A stretch of DNA of 64,000 nt from an uncultured Gemmatimonadaceae bacterium. Lineage in GTDB: Bacteria > Gemmatimonadota > Gemmatimonadetes > Gemmatimonadales > Gemmatimonadaceae. The notes under the pieces were generated by a model. It saw only the letters and a program-made list of their open reading frames with translations, did not search any database and had not been told where the DNA came from. The translations under genes were made by a program, and so were the position numbers. Shown in pieces: positions 1-9,948 of the stretch; position 1 is the first letter of the stretch; each line of letters begins with the position of its first letter. The stretch spans positions 3,040,001 to 3,104,000 of the forward strand of contig OY970320.1 of assembly GCA_963716745.1 (NCBI GenBank), given 5' to 3'.

Positions 1-2
1 GC

Positions 3-986
3 GGCAACGCCGTGATCTTCAAGCCGGCGGAGGACGTGCCGCACACCGGCCACGTGCTGGTGGAGATCCTGCTCGAGGCGGGATTGCCGCCCGAGGTGAT
101 CCAGCTGGTGCACGGACTCGGCGAGACCGTGGGCGCGGCGATCGTGGCGCATCCGGAAGTGCCGGTGATCTCGTTCACCGGTTCGACGGCCACCGGCGCG
201 ATCGTGGGCGAGACGTGCGGCCGCATGCACAAGCGGCTCTCGCTCGAGATGGGCGGCAAGAACGCGATGATCGTGATGGACGATGCCGATCTGGATCTCG
301 CGCTCGACGGCGTGCTCTGGGGCGCGTTCGGCACCACCGGACAGCGCTGCACCGCGACGAGCCGCCTGATCGTGCAGCAAGGCGTGCACGACACGCTGCT
401 CGACCGTCTCGCCGCGCGCGCGGCATCGCTCAAGCTCGGCGACGGGCGCAAGGCGGGCACCGAGGTCGGGCCGCTCATCCACGACGAATCGCGCGAGAAG
501 GTGGAGCGGTACATCGAGATCGGCAAAGGGGAGCAGGCGTCGCTCGTCACCGGCGGCGCGCGCGCGACGGGCGCGGGCCTCGAGCACGGCTTCTTCTTCC
601 AGCCCACGATCTTCGCCGGCGTGAAGGCGGGATCGCGTCTCGAGCAGGAGGAGATCTTCGGCCCGGTGCTGTCGGTGATCAAGGTGAGAGACGCCGACGA
701 GGCGATCGCGGTGAACAACGATGTCAAATACGGGCTCTCATCATCGTTCTATACGCGAGATGTGAACCTCGCCTTCCGCGCGCTGAACGAGTTGGACAAC
801 GGCATCACGTACATCAACGCTCCCACGATCGGCGCGGAGGCACACCTGCCGTTCGGCGGCGTGAAGCAGACGGGGAACGGACATCGCGAGGGCGGGTGGG
901 AAGTGTATGAGTTCTATTCGGAGACGAAGGTCGGATACATCGACTACTCTGGATCGTTGCAGCGGGCGCAGATCGACAACTATTGA
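3..986 (+). CDS. Aldehyde dehydrogenase family protein (5' partial)
   Basis: Motifs SFTGS, LEMGGKN, GQRCTA (catalytic Cys), EEIFGPV and PFGGVKQTG; reading frame is open to the window edge. Confidence 0.95.
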   Translation, partial: GNAVIFKPAEDVPHTGHVLVEILLEAGLPPEVIQLVHGLGETVGAAIVAHPEVPVISFTGSTATGAIVGETCGRMHKRLSLEMGGKNAMIVMDDADLDLALDGVLWGAFGTTGQRCTATSRLIVQQGVHDTLLDRLAARAASLKLGDGRKAGTEVGPLIHDESREKVERYIEIGKGEQASLVTGGARATGAGLEHGFFFQPTIFAGVKAGSRLEQEEIFGPVLSVIKVRDADEAIAVNNDVKYGLSSSFYTRDVNLAFRALNELDNGITYINAPTIGAEAHLPFGGVKQTGNGHREGGWEVYEFYSETKVGYIDYSGSLQRAQIDNY

Positions 987-1105
987 CGACGGACGTTGGA
1001 CGTTAGCGAACGGCATGACAATTGATCGTCTGGTGCGGGCGCGCGTTCAAGAGTCGAATTGAATTTGTTCTCATGCCTCGCACCAACGTCTAACGTCAGT
1101 TTTTT
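986..1105. repeat. Palindromic intergenic element A (GACGTTR heptamer arms plus GGCATGACAA core), followed by a T-run
   Basis: 992-1021 gacgttggacgttagcgaacggcatgacaa is an imperfect inverted repeat of 1068-1097; near-identical arms at 44758-44863. Confidence 0.85.
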
Positions 1106-1164
1106 GGTGCCTTGCGTGAGCCTTCACGGCTCGTCTTACTTATAGGCAGACACACCCGAGAATC

Positions 1165-1941
1165 ATGGACTCCCCCTCTCCCACCCCCAGCGCGCCGGGC
1201 CGCCCGGTCTCCGACGCGAAGCGCGCCGAGGCGCTGCGCGCGCTGAACAAGCGGCCATGGCGCTTGCGCTGGTTCGGCGAGTGGATGTTCATCGTCGTGT
1301 GCGCGGTGGTGGTCGTGTTCTTCGTCGCGCGCCCGTTCTTCGTGGAAGCGTTCAAGATCCCGTCGGGCAGCATGGAGAATACGCTGCTCGTGGGCGACTT
1401 CCTGTTCGTGAACAAGGCGGTGTACGGCGCGGAGGTCCCGTTCGTGCACATCCGGCTGCCGGCGCTGCAACATCCGAAGCGCGGCGACATCCTCGTCTTC
1501 GAATATCCACCGAACCCCGAGAAGGATTACGTGAAGCGCCTCGTGGGGCTGCCGGGCGACACGGTGGAGATGCGCGATGGCGTCGTGTTCATCGACGGCA
1601 CGTCGCTCGTGGAACCGTACGTGGTGCACACCGATCCCAATTCGGATCCGGGCGAAGCGGAGTTCGCGTGGCAGCGTCCGTTCCTGGTGCGCACGGCCGA
1701 AGCGAGCACGCATCCATCGCGTAACAACTGGGGTCCATTGGTCGTCCCAGAGGGGAATTACTTCGTGCTCGGGGACAATCGCGACAACTCGGCCGACAGC
1801 CGCTACTGGGGCTTCGTGCCGGATTCGCTCGTGCGGGGCCGGCCGATGTTCGTGTATTACAGCTACGAACCGGATGCGACGCGCCGGGTGCCGTGGCTCA
1901 CGAACGTTCGCTGGAGCAGGATCGGGACGCGGGTACGCTGA
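1165..1941 (+). CDS. lepB: Signal peptidase I
   Basis: TM segment, IPSGSME (catalytic Ser), YVKR (catalytic Lys), GDNRDNSADSRYWG. Confidence 0.95.
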   Translation: MDSPSPTPSAPGRPVSDAKRAEALRALNKRPWRLRWFGEWMFIVVCAVVVVFFVARPFFVEAFKIPSGSMENTLLVGDFLFVNKAVYGAEVPFVHIRLPALQHPKRGDILVFEYPPNPEKDYVKRLVGLPGDTVEMRDGVVFIDGTSLVEPYVVHTDPNSDPGEAEFAWQRPFLVRTAEASTHPSRNNWGPLVVPEGNYFVLGDNRDNSADSRYWGFVPDSLVRGRPMFVYYSYEPDATRRVPWLTNVRWSRIGTRVR

Positions 1942-2021
1942 CCGCGCCGGTGGCTATCTCGGAGATTCGCTCGCGCTAGCGCGCGAGGCCGCACTGTCCG
2001 TTTGCCGGAGCTGCTGGATCC

Positions 2022-2879
2022 ATGGCTGTCACCCCGCATCGCAAGTCATCGTACGACGAAGGCTCGCTCGACCAGTACCTGCGCGACATCAGCATCTATC
2101 CGCTGATCGACCGCGATGAAGAGGTGCGGCTCGCGCAGCTGATCCGGGTGAAGGATCGCGAAGCGCTCGACAAGCTCGTGCGGTCGAACCTGCGCTTCGT
2201 CGTGTCGGTCGCGAAGAAGTACCAGAATCAGGGCGTGGCGCTCTCCGACCTGATCAACGAGGGGAACCTCGGCCTCATTCGCGCCGCCCACAAATTCGAC
2301 GAGACGAAGGGCATCAAGTTCATCTCGTACGCGGTGTGGTGGATCCGCCAGGCGATCCTGCAGGCGCTCGCGGAGCAATCGCGCATCGTGCGCGTGCCGC
2401 TCAATCGCGCCGGGACGCTGTATCGCATCGGCAAGCGCGCCAACGCGCTGCTGCAGGAGCTCGGCCGCGAGCCCACGCACGAGGAGATCGCGCAGGAGAT
2501 GGACCTCACCGAGGAAGAGGTCGCGAAGACGATCTCGATCTCGCAGACGCATCTGTCGCTCGATGCGCCGCTCACGCCGGGCGAGGACAACCGGCTGCTC
2601 GACTATCTCCCCGACAATCTGAATCCCACGCCCGATGAGCAGACCTTCGAGAAGGCGCTCACCGAGGCGATCGAGGAATCGCTCTCATCGCTCAAGGAGC
2701 GCGAGGCGAAGATCCTGCGCCTCTACTTCGGGCTGGATGGCGAGGAGCCGATGACGCTCGAACAGATCGGCTCGCTGCTCGGCATCACGCGCGAGCGCGT
2801 GCGCCAGATCAAGGAGAAAGCGCTCTCGCGTCTCCGCCACGTGTCGCGGGCGCGCGCGCTCGAGTCCTTCCTCGGCTAG
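2022..2879 (+). CDS. RNA polymerase sigma-70 factor, RpoD/SigA family, short form lacking region 1.1
   Basis: NLRFVVSVAKKY, DLINEGNLGLIRA, SYAVWWIRQ, and region 4 TLEQIG...ITRERVRQI. Confidence 0.93.
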   Translation: MAVTPHRKSSYDEGSLDQYLRDISIYPLIDRDEEVRLAQLIRVKDREALDKLVRSNLRFVVSVAKKYQNQGVALSDLINEGNLGLIRAAHKFDETKGIKFISYAVWWIRQAILQALAEQSRIVRVPLNRAGTLYRIGKRANALLQELGREPTHEEIAQEMDLTEEEVAKTISISQTHLSLDAPLTPGEDNRLLDYLPDNLNPTPDEQTFEKALTEAIEESLSSLKEREAKILRLYFGLDGEEPMTLEQIGSLLGITRERVRQIKEKALSRLRHVSRARALESFLG

Positions 2880-2888
2880 ACGCGCGCC

Positions 2889-3389
2889 ATGGCCGCGAAC
2901 GCCTCTTTCGATGTGACCACTGGCGTGGACCTGCAGGAAGTGGACAACGCGGTGAACCAGGCGCAGAAGGAGATCGCGCAGCGATACGACTTCAAGGGCA
3001 CGAAGGTCGCGCTGGAATTCAAGCGCGCCGAGAACAAGCTGCTCCTCGTGGCCGACGACGACTTCAAGATGCGCGCGCTGCACGACGTGCTCCATGCGAA
3101 GCTCGTGAAGCGCGGTGTGCCGGTGAAGAACCTCGACATCGGCGAGATCGTGCCGGCCGGCGGCGATACGGTGCGCCGCGAGATCGCGCTCAAGATGTCG
3201 CTGGACGGCGAGACCGCGAAGAGAGTCGTGGCGGCGATCAAGGAAGCGAAGATGAAGAAGGTGCAGGCGTCCATCCAGGGCGAGCAGGTGCGGATCACGT
3301 CGCCATCGCGCGACGAGCTGCAGGAAGTGATCGCGCTCCTGCGCGGGAAGGACTTCGGCGTGGAGCTGAAGTTCGGGAACTACCGCTGA
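2889..3389 (+). CDS. yajQ: YajQ family nucleotide/c-di-GMP-binding protein
   Basis: SFDV, QEVDNAVNQA, RYDFKG, VQASIQGEQVR, C-terminal FGNYR. Confidence 0.95.
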   Translation: MAANASFDVTTGVDLQEVDNAVNQAQKEIAQRYDFKGTKVALEFKRAENKLLLVADDDFKMRALHDVLHAKLVKRGVPVKNLDIGEIVPAGGDTVRREIALKMSLDGETAKRVVAAIKEAKMKKVQASIQGEQVRITSPSRDELQEVIALLRGKDFGVELKFGNYR

Positions 3390-4516
3390 GCCTGTAGCGC
3401 CGCCGGCGCGCTCGCGTCCGGGCGTCCGAGCATCATCGCCGCGAACTCCTCGCCCAGCGCGCTCACGCGGCGCGCTTGCGTGCACAGCCCGTCGGCGCGC
3501 ACCACGCTGCCCGCCACACTCGCGCCGTGCTCCCAGCCCACGCTGTCGGTGAATGACGGCCACGCGAATCCGTGCACCGGTGCGCCGCCCGCCAGCAACA
3601 CCAGCGACTCGTCCCACGCGGCCCGCAGCGTGCTCACGGCGCCGCCCGCCGCTGGCATGGGCGCGACGGGGAAGAGCGGCCGGCGGTGCCGCGCGTGCAT
3701 CGCGGCCGGCGCGCTCACGCCGAGCCACCGGCGGTCGCTCGCACGCGACTCGCGGAAGAGGCTCAACTCGTTCGACGGCACGCCGTGCCGCTGCAGATAT
3801 GCGCCGGCGCCGGGTGCGAGCTCATGCCCGAGCGTGAGATCCAGCGCGAGGTGACGCAGCGCCTCCCACCGGCCGCTCTCGCCCGCCTCGCAGTCCGTCG
3901 GCGGCGGCGCCACCTCGCTCTCGCGATGCACGATCACCGCGTTCGGCCGCTCGCTCAGCAGCGTCTCCACGGCGAGCTCGTGCGCCATGCACAGATTCCG
4001 CAGCGCCCGCACGAACGCCGAATCGCTGTGCTCACACTCATTCCACTCGCCGCGCAGCGCCGACGCCGTGGCGCACTGCATGATGTCGCTCACGGGCGTG
4101 AAATATCGGATCCACGGGAAGCGCCGTGCGAACGCGCGCGCGTATTCGGCGAACAGCACCGGGAACGCAGGGTCCTGAAATCCGCCGAGCCACGAAGGCA
4201 CGCCGAAGCGGCACAGGTCGGCGATCACCTCCACGCCCAGGTCGCGCAGGCGGAGCAGCGGCTCCTCCACGCATTCCCACTCGTGATGATCGGGCGCCAG
4301 ATGCGTGCGATAGTACGGCGCGCCATACCAGAGGGCGTCGAGGCCGAGCATGTGCGCATGCTCGAGATCCTCCTCCCAGCGCGCGTAGTGCCCCGTGCGG
4401 TCCAATTGATCGAGGCGCGCTCCGCCGGCGAGCGTCGGACAGCTCGGATCGATCGCGGATGCGAAGAGGAAGGGCATGCGGGGCGGGCGGCGGCGGGTGT
4501 CTGTGAAGGACTCCAC
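3380..4516 (-). CDS. Glycoside hydrolase family 1-like protein with degenerate catalytic motifs
   Basis: GHYARWEEDL, DLCRFGVPSW, FAEYARAFARRFPW; the expected TPVNE acid/base motif reads TPVSD. Confidence 0.65.
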   Translation of the reverse strand: MESFTDTRRRPPRMPFLFASAIDPSCPTLAGGARLDQLDRTGHYARWEEDLEHAHMLGLDALWYGAPYYRTHLAPDHHEWECVEEPLLRLRDLGVEVIADLCRFGVPSWLGGFQDPAFPVLFAEYARAFARRFPWIRYFTPVSDIMQCATASALRGEWNECEHSDSAFVRALRNLCMAHELAVETLLSERPNAVIVHRESEVAPPPTDCEAGESGRWEALRHLALDLTLGHELAPGAGAYLQRHGVPSNELSLFRESRASDRRWLGVSAPAAMHARHRRPLFPVAPMPAAGGAVSTLRAAWDESLVLLAGGAPVHGFAWPSFTDSVGWEHGASVAGSVVRADGLCTQARRVSALGEEFAAMMLGRPDASAPAALQAQR

Positions 4517-4575
4517 TCGCCGCCGGAGGTCACCGCGCGGTTGAGCGCTTCCGGCGCCCCCGCTAGCTTCACCGC

Positions 4576-5961
4576 ATGAAGGTTAGCGTCATCACGATGG
4601 GCTGTGACAAGAACACGGTGGATTCCGAGCGCGTGCTCGCCGAACTGGCGGGATTCGGGCTCGAGCCGGTGCGTTCGGCGAGCGATGCCGAACTGATCGT
4701 CGTGAACACCTGCGGCTTCATCGACGCCGCGAAGCGCGAGTCGATCGATGCCATCGTGGAAGCGGGCCGCCTCAAGAGCACGGGCAATTGCCGCATCCTC
4801 GCCGCTGTCGGCTGCATGGTGGAGCGCCACAAGGGCGAGCTGGCGAGCGCGCTGCCCGAGGTGGACTTCTTCCTCGGCACCTCGGAGATGGACGCGCTCG
4901 CGCAGGAACTCACCGCGCGCGGTGCGATCGACGGCGGTTACACCGCGCATCCCGGCGTTCGACTCTACACCGGCGACCTGCCGCACGTGCGCTACTTGAA
5001 GGTGAGCGAAGGCTGCGACCATGGCTGCGCCTTCTGCGCGATCCCGCTCATGCGCGGCCGCCACCGCTCGTTCACGCGCGCCGACGTGATCCGCGAGGCG
5101 CAGATGCTCGAGCTGCAGGGCGCGCGCGAGGTGAACCTGGTGGCGCAGGATCTCGCGCACTACGGGCGCGACGTGCGCGACGGCGTGGGGCTCGCGGATC
5201 TGCTCGAGGCGCTGCTGGCCGAGACGTCGATCCCCTGGTTCCGGCTCTTGTACATCTATTCCGCGGGACTCACGCCGCGGATGCTCGAACTCATGGCGCG
5301 CGAGCCGCGCATCGTGCCCTATCTCGACATGCCGATCCAGCACGGGTCGGATGCCGTGCTGCAACGCATGCGCCGCCCCGAACGCGCGCGCACGATCCGC
5401 GAGACGGTGCGTCGCGTGCGCGATGCGGTGCCCGGCGTCGCCATCCGCACCACGTGCATCCTCGGATTCCCGGGCGAGACGCCCGACGACGTCGCGCAGC
5501 TCGGCGATCTGCTCGAGGAGGCGAAGTTCGAACGCGTGGGCGCGTTCACGTATTCCGAGCAGGACGGTACCCGCGCCGCCGAACTTGAGGACGACGTGCC
5601 GATGGTGGAGAAGCGCGAGCGCCTCGAGCGCATCACGTCGCTGCAGCGCGCGATCACGGCGGAGCGCTACGAGAGCATGATCGGCCGCACCATGCGCGCG
5701 ATCATCGACCGGCGCGGCGCCGATGGCGCGCCGAGCGATGCGCGCACGCTCTGGCAGGCCAATGACATCGACGGCATCACGCGCGTGCGCGGCAATGCGC
5801 CCGCCGGCGCCATCATTGACGTGCGCATCGACGACGTGGTGGACGACTACGATTTCGCCGCCACGCTCGAGCGTATCGTGCTCGCGCCGCCGGCGCCGGC
5901 GCGAGCGGGGCGCGCGCTCCCAATGCTGGGAGGCGTGGTGCAGGGGAGTTTCGGCCGCTGA
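4576..5961 (+). CDS. rimO: Ribosomal protein S12 methylthiotransferase
   Basis: MGCDKNTVDSE, NTCGFIDAAKRES, radical SAM CDHGCAFC, C-terminal TRAM-like region. Confidence 0.93.
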   Translation: MKVSVITMGCDKNTVDSERVLAELAGFGLEPVRSASDAELIVVNTCGFIDAAKRESIDAIVEAGRLKSTGNCRILAAVGCMVERHKGELASALPEVDFFLGTSEMDALAQELTARGAIDGGYTAHPGVRLYTGDLPHVRYLKVSEGCDHGCAFCAIPLMRGRHRSFTRADVIREAQMLELQGAREVNLVAQDLAHYGRDVRDGVGLADLLEALLAETSIPWFRLLYIYSAGLTPRMLELMAREPRIVPYLDMPIQHGSDAVLQRMRRPERARTIRETVRRVRDAVPGVAIRTTCILGFPGETPDDVAQLGDLLEEAKFERVGAFTYSEQDGTRAAELEDDVPMVEKRERLERITSLQRAITAERYESMIGRTMRAIIDRRGADGAPSDARTLWQANDIDGITRVRGNAPAGAIIDVRIDDVVDDYDFAATLERIVLAPPAPARAGRALPMLGGVVQGSFGR

Positions 5962-7331
5962 TGCGCCCGGCGCGCGGCGCGGCCGCCGCGATCGCGATCG
6001 CCGTCCTGATGCTCGGCGCCTGCGGCCCTAACCCGCCGCAGCACGCGCCGGCTGCGCCGCCCGCCGCTCCGCCCGGCGAACCGCCGCTGCCCGCGGACAA
6101 CGCCGCCGAGCAGCCCGCGCCGCCGCCCGGAGAGAACGCGGAAGCGCCGCGCGTCGCGGATTTCGCGAGCGGCCGGGCCGTGCGCGTCGCATTGCACACG
6201 TCCACACCGCGCGTGACGATCTCGGGCACCGGGCCGTGGCGCCTCTACGACAGCGACGGCGCGAGTCTGCTCGTGAAGGGCGACGCGGGCGATGAGTGGA
6301 CCATCGCGTCCGACCACGGCAAACTCCGCGCCTCGCGCTCGGATGGCGAGAAGACCCCGCGGCGTGACGCACCCTTCGTCGCGCGGCCGGCGCGCGCGGG
6401 CACGCTGGTAACGGTGAACGGCCGCTCCTTCCGCGGCGAAGTGGTGGTGCGCCCGGGCAAGGATGGACTCGTCGTCGTGAATCGCCTCTCGCTCGAGGAT
6501 TATCTGCGCGGCGTGGTGCCGCTCGAGATCGGCCACCGCAATCCCGATGAGCGCGCCGCGGTGGAAGCGCAGGCGATCGCCGCGCGCAGCTATGCGCTCG
6601 CGCATCTGCGCACCGATGCGGCGCGCACGTACGATCTCCTCTCCACCGTGAGCGATCAGGTGTACGGCGGCGTGGAAGCGGAGACGCCGCTCAGCGACGC
6701 CGCGATCGCATCCACGCGCTCGCTCGTGATCACGTGGCAGGGCCGCGTGATCGCCGCACCGTATTCCGCCGACTGCGGCGGCCGCACCGCCGACGCGGAC
6801 GAGGTCTGGCACTCGGGGCCGTCGGCCTATCTCCAGTCGGTGAGCGACCGTGTGAACCGCAGCGGCGACCGGTTCTACTGCGATATCGCGCCGCATTTCC
6901 ATTGGACGCGTACGTTCACGCAGAAGGATCTCGCGGCGGCGCTCGAGCGCAATCTGCGCGCGTACGTGTCGGTGAGCGGCAGCATCGGCGACGTGACCGA
7001 CATGCGCATCGACCACCGCACGCCCAGCGGCCGCGTGGGCACGCTCGTACTCGTGACCGATCGCGGCGAATATTCGCTGCGCGGCAACGAGATCCGCTTC
7101 GTGCTGCATACGCCCGGCAGCGAGATCCTGCCGAGCACGATGTTCTCCTTCGATCTGGAGCGCGATGGCGACGGGCACGTGACGTCGCTCACCGTGACGG
7201 GCTCGGGGAACGGGCACGGCGTGGGCATGTGCCAATGGGGCGCCATCGGTCGCGCGCGCGCCGGCCAGACGGCGCGCACGATCCTCGCGACCTACTATCC
7301 CGGCACGGTCGTCACCGCATTGCCGGAGTAG
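5961..7331 (+). CDS. SpoIID/LytB domain lipoprotein
   Basis: Lipobox LGAC; LEDYLRGVVPLE, AQAIAARSYA, GHGVGMCQWGA, ILATYYPG. Confidence 0.9.
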   Translation: MRPARGAAAAIAIAVLMLGACGPNPPQHAPAAPPAAPPGEPPLPADNAAEQPAPPPGENAEAPRVADFASGRAVRVALHTSTPRVTISGTGPWRLYDSDGASLLVKGDAGDEWTIASDHGKLRASRSDGEKTPRRDAPFVARPARAGTLVTVNGRSFRGEVVVRPGKDGLVVVNRLSLEDYLRGVVPLEIGHRNPDERAAVEAQAIAARSYALAHLRTDAARTYDLLSTVSDQVYGGVEAETPLSDAAIASTRSLVITWQGRVIAAPYSADCGGRTADADEVWHSGPSAYLQSVSDRVNRSGDRFYCDIAPHFHWTRTFTQKDLAAALERNLRAYVSVSGSIGDVTDMRIDHRTPSGRVGTLVLVTDRGEYSLRGNEIRFVLHTPGSEILPSTMFSFDLERDGDGHVTSLTVTGSGNGHGVGMCQWGAIGRARAGQTARTILATYYPGTVVTALPE

Positions 7332-7383
7332 CCGCCGTGCGCCGTGCGCTCTACTTTCCACGGCATCCTCAACACCGGGATCG

Positions 7384-8388
7384 ATGAATTCCACCGTGCG
7401 CATCGGGATCGTCGGCGCCGGCGCGATCGCGCAGATCGCGCACTTGCCCGCGCTCGCGAAACTCAAGGGCACCGAGCTCGTCGCGATCTGTGATGCCGAC
7501 GGCGTGAAGGCCCGTCAGCTCGCCGACCGCTTCGGCGCGCGCTATGTGTTCACCGACATCGAGGACATGCTCGAGGGCGCCGAGCTGGACGCGGTGATCA
7601 TCATGACGCCCAATCATCTGCACGAGCCGCACGTCCTGAGCGTGCTCGCCCGCAAGCTGCATGTGCTCTGTGAGCGCCCGCTCGCGCTCACGGCGCGCGG
7701 CGTCGAGCGGATCCTCACCGCGGCGGAGCGCGCGGGTCGCAAGGTGGCGGTGGGCAACAACCACCGTTTCCGCACCGATGTGCAGGCCGCGGGCGCCTTT
7801 CTGCGCAGCGGCGAACTCGGCGCGCTCGGCGCGATCCGCACCGGTCATTTCGAGCCGCGGCGCGCGCCCGAGGGGTGGCGGTTCCGCCGCGCCGAGTCCG
7901 GCGGCGGCGTGATGCTCGAGCACGGCGTGCCGCTGCTCGATCTCGCGCTCTGGCTCGCCGATTCTCCCGCGCCGCGTCGCGTCACGGCGCATCTCCATCG
8001 CGGCCGCGGCGAGAAGGAGGTGGAGGATTCCATGTTCGCGCTGGTGGAATGCGCGGGCGGTCTCACGATCACGATCGATGTGTGCTGGGAGTACGTGGGC
8101 GCGGAGGACCGGTTCTGGTTCGAGGTGCTCGCGTCGCGCGGCTCGACGCGCCTCGCGCCGCTGAACATCGTGAAGGAACTCAACGGCCACGCTGTGGACG
8201 TGACGCCGCACGGTGCGGCCGCGCGCGAGACGCCGTTCCTCCAGAGCTATCGCGCGGAGCTCGCGCACTTCGTGGCGGTCTTGCGCGACGAGCAGCCGTA
8301 CGAGGCGCCGGCCGATCAGGTGACCGTCATTCGCCTCGTGGAGGCGATCTACCGCTCGGCGAGCGAAGGGACCGAAGTCCGGCTGTGA
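7384..8388 (+). CDS. Gfo/Idh/MocA family oxidoreductase
   Basis: GIVGAGAIA Rossmann motif, TPNHLH, HVLCERP, GGGVMLEHGVP. Confidence 0.9.
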   Translation: MNSTVRIGIVGAGAIAQIAHLPALAKLKGTELVAICDADGVKARQLADRFGARYVFTDIEDMLEGAELDAVIIMTPNHLHEPHVLSVLARKLHVLCERPLALTARGVERILTAAERAGRKVAVGNNHRFRTDVQAAGAFLRSGELGALGAIRTGHFEPRRAPEGWRFRRAESGGGVMLEHGVPLLDLALWLADSPAPRRVTAHLHRGRGEKEVEDSMFALVECAGGLTITIDVCWEYVGAEDRFWFEVLASRGSTRLAPLNIVKELNGHAVDVTPHGAAARETPFLQSYRAELAHFVAVLRDEQPYEAPADQVTVIRLVEAIYRSASEGTEVRL

Positions 8389-9948
8389 CCTGGCGCCGAT
8401 TGCTCCCGACGCGGCGTGAGGCCGCCTGGGCGGGCGCGACGGCTGCGCTCTTCGCCCTCGCCTTCCCGCCGGTGCCGCTCGTCGTGCCGGCGTTCCTCTG
8501 TCTCATCCCGTTCGCGCTCGGGATCGCCGAGCTCGCGGATGGCGACGGAAAGCTCTCGCATGCGTTCCGGCTCGCATATTGGGCGGGTGCCATCGCGTAC
8601 GGCGCGACGCTCTACTGGATCGCGCTCGCGCTCGCGATCTACACCAAACTCGCGATCCTCGGCTATGCCGCCGCGGTGCTGCTCGTGCTCGCACCGGTCG
8701 TGGGTCTGGGCGGCGCGTTCCTCTTCGAGATCCGGCGGCGCACCAGATTCCCGCTCGCGATCCTGCTGCCGGTCGCGTGGGTCACCGTCGAGATGTTGCT
8801 CATGCACATCTCCGATCTGTCCTTTCCGTGGCTGCCCCTCGGACTGTCGCTCGCGCGGACGCCGGTGTTGGCGCAGCCCGCCGAGTTGTTCGGCGTTCAC
8901 GGGCTGAGCTTTTGGATCGCTGCCACCAATGGCCTGCTCGCCGATGCATGGCTCGGGCGCCGACGGTGGCAAGCCGTTGCGGTTCGCCTGGGAGCGGTCG
9001 TCGCGCTCGTGGCCGCAGTGTGGCTGTATGGGAACTGGCGCATGGCGAACATCGCGCTCAAGTCCATCGCGCGCGTCGCGATCGTGCAGCCGAACGTCCC
9101 GCAGGAGGACAAGTGGCAGGAGCAGAATCAGGGACGCATCCTCGGCATGCTGCTCGACCTCACGCGCCAGGCGGTCGCGCCGCGATGCGGGCACCGCGGG
9201 GCCGCCGCAACTCGTGCTCTGGCCCGAGGCCTCGCTGCCGGGATTCCTGCCGCAACATCCCGAATGGGAGACGGCCGTCGCGACCGCGAGCATGCAAAGT
9301 CGCACGCCGATCATCTTCGGCGTGCTCGACCTGAATTTCCCCGCGCCGGGGCAGATGGACTATTTCAACGCCGCGATGCTCTCTGACACCGCGGGCTCGA
9401 TCCGCTCGCAGCCGCCGTACCACAAGAGCTTCCTCGTGCCGATCGTGGAGCGCGTGCCGTTCCTGGATCCGCGCTGGTTCCGCAAGCTGCGCTACTTCGG
9501 CGGATTCGGCCGCGGCGGGCACCAGCCGCCGTTCACGCTCCCGTTCGGGAGAGTCGGCGTGCTCATCTGTTACGAATCGATCTTCCCATCGCTCGCGCGC
9601 GATTATCGCAATGATGGCGCGACGATCCTCGTGAACATCACGAATGATGCGTGGTTCGGACGGAGCCTCGCGCCGTGGCAGCACGAGGCGCATCTCGCGC
9701 TTCGCGCCATCGAGAATCGTGTAGGGATAGTGCGCGCGGCCAATACCGGGATCTCCTCGTACATCGATCCGCTCGGCCGTATCCACGGCGAGACCGAGCT
9801 GTTCACGCCGGCGACGCGACAATACACGGCGCAGACGACCGACGTCCGCACGTTCTACGCGATCGTGGGCGATTGGCTGGGATGGCTCTGCATGGCCGCG
9901 CTCGTCGGACTGCTCGCCATCGCGCCGCGCGCGCGGGCGGCGTCATGA
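8385..9948 (+). CDS. lnt: Apolipoprotein N-acyltransferase (frameshift near 9180)
   Basis: N-terminal TM half with FPWLPLG and VQPNVPQ in one frame; WPEAS, YHK, ICYESIFP and NITNDAWFG in another; GTG start overlaps upstream TGA. Confidence 0.9.
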
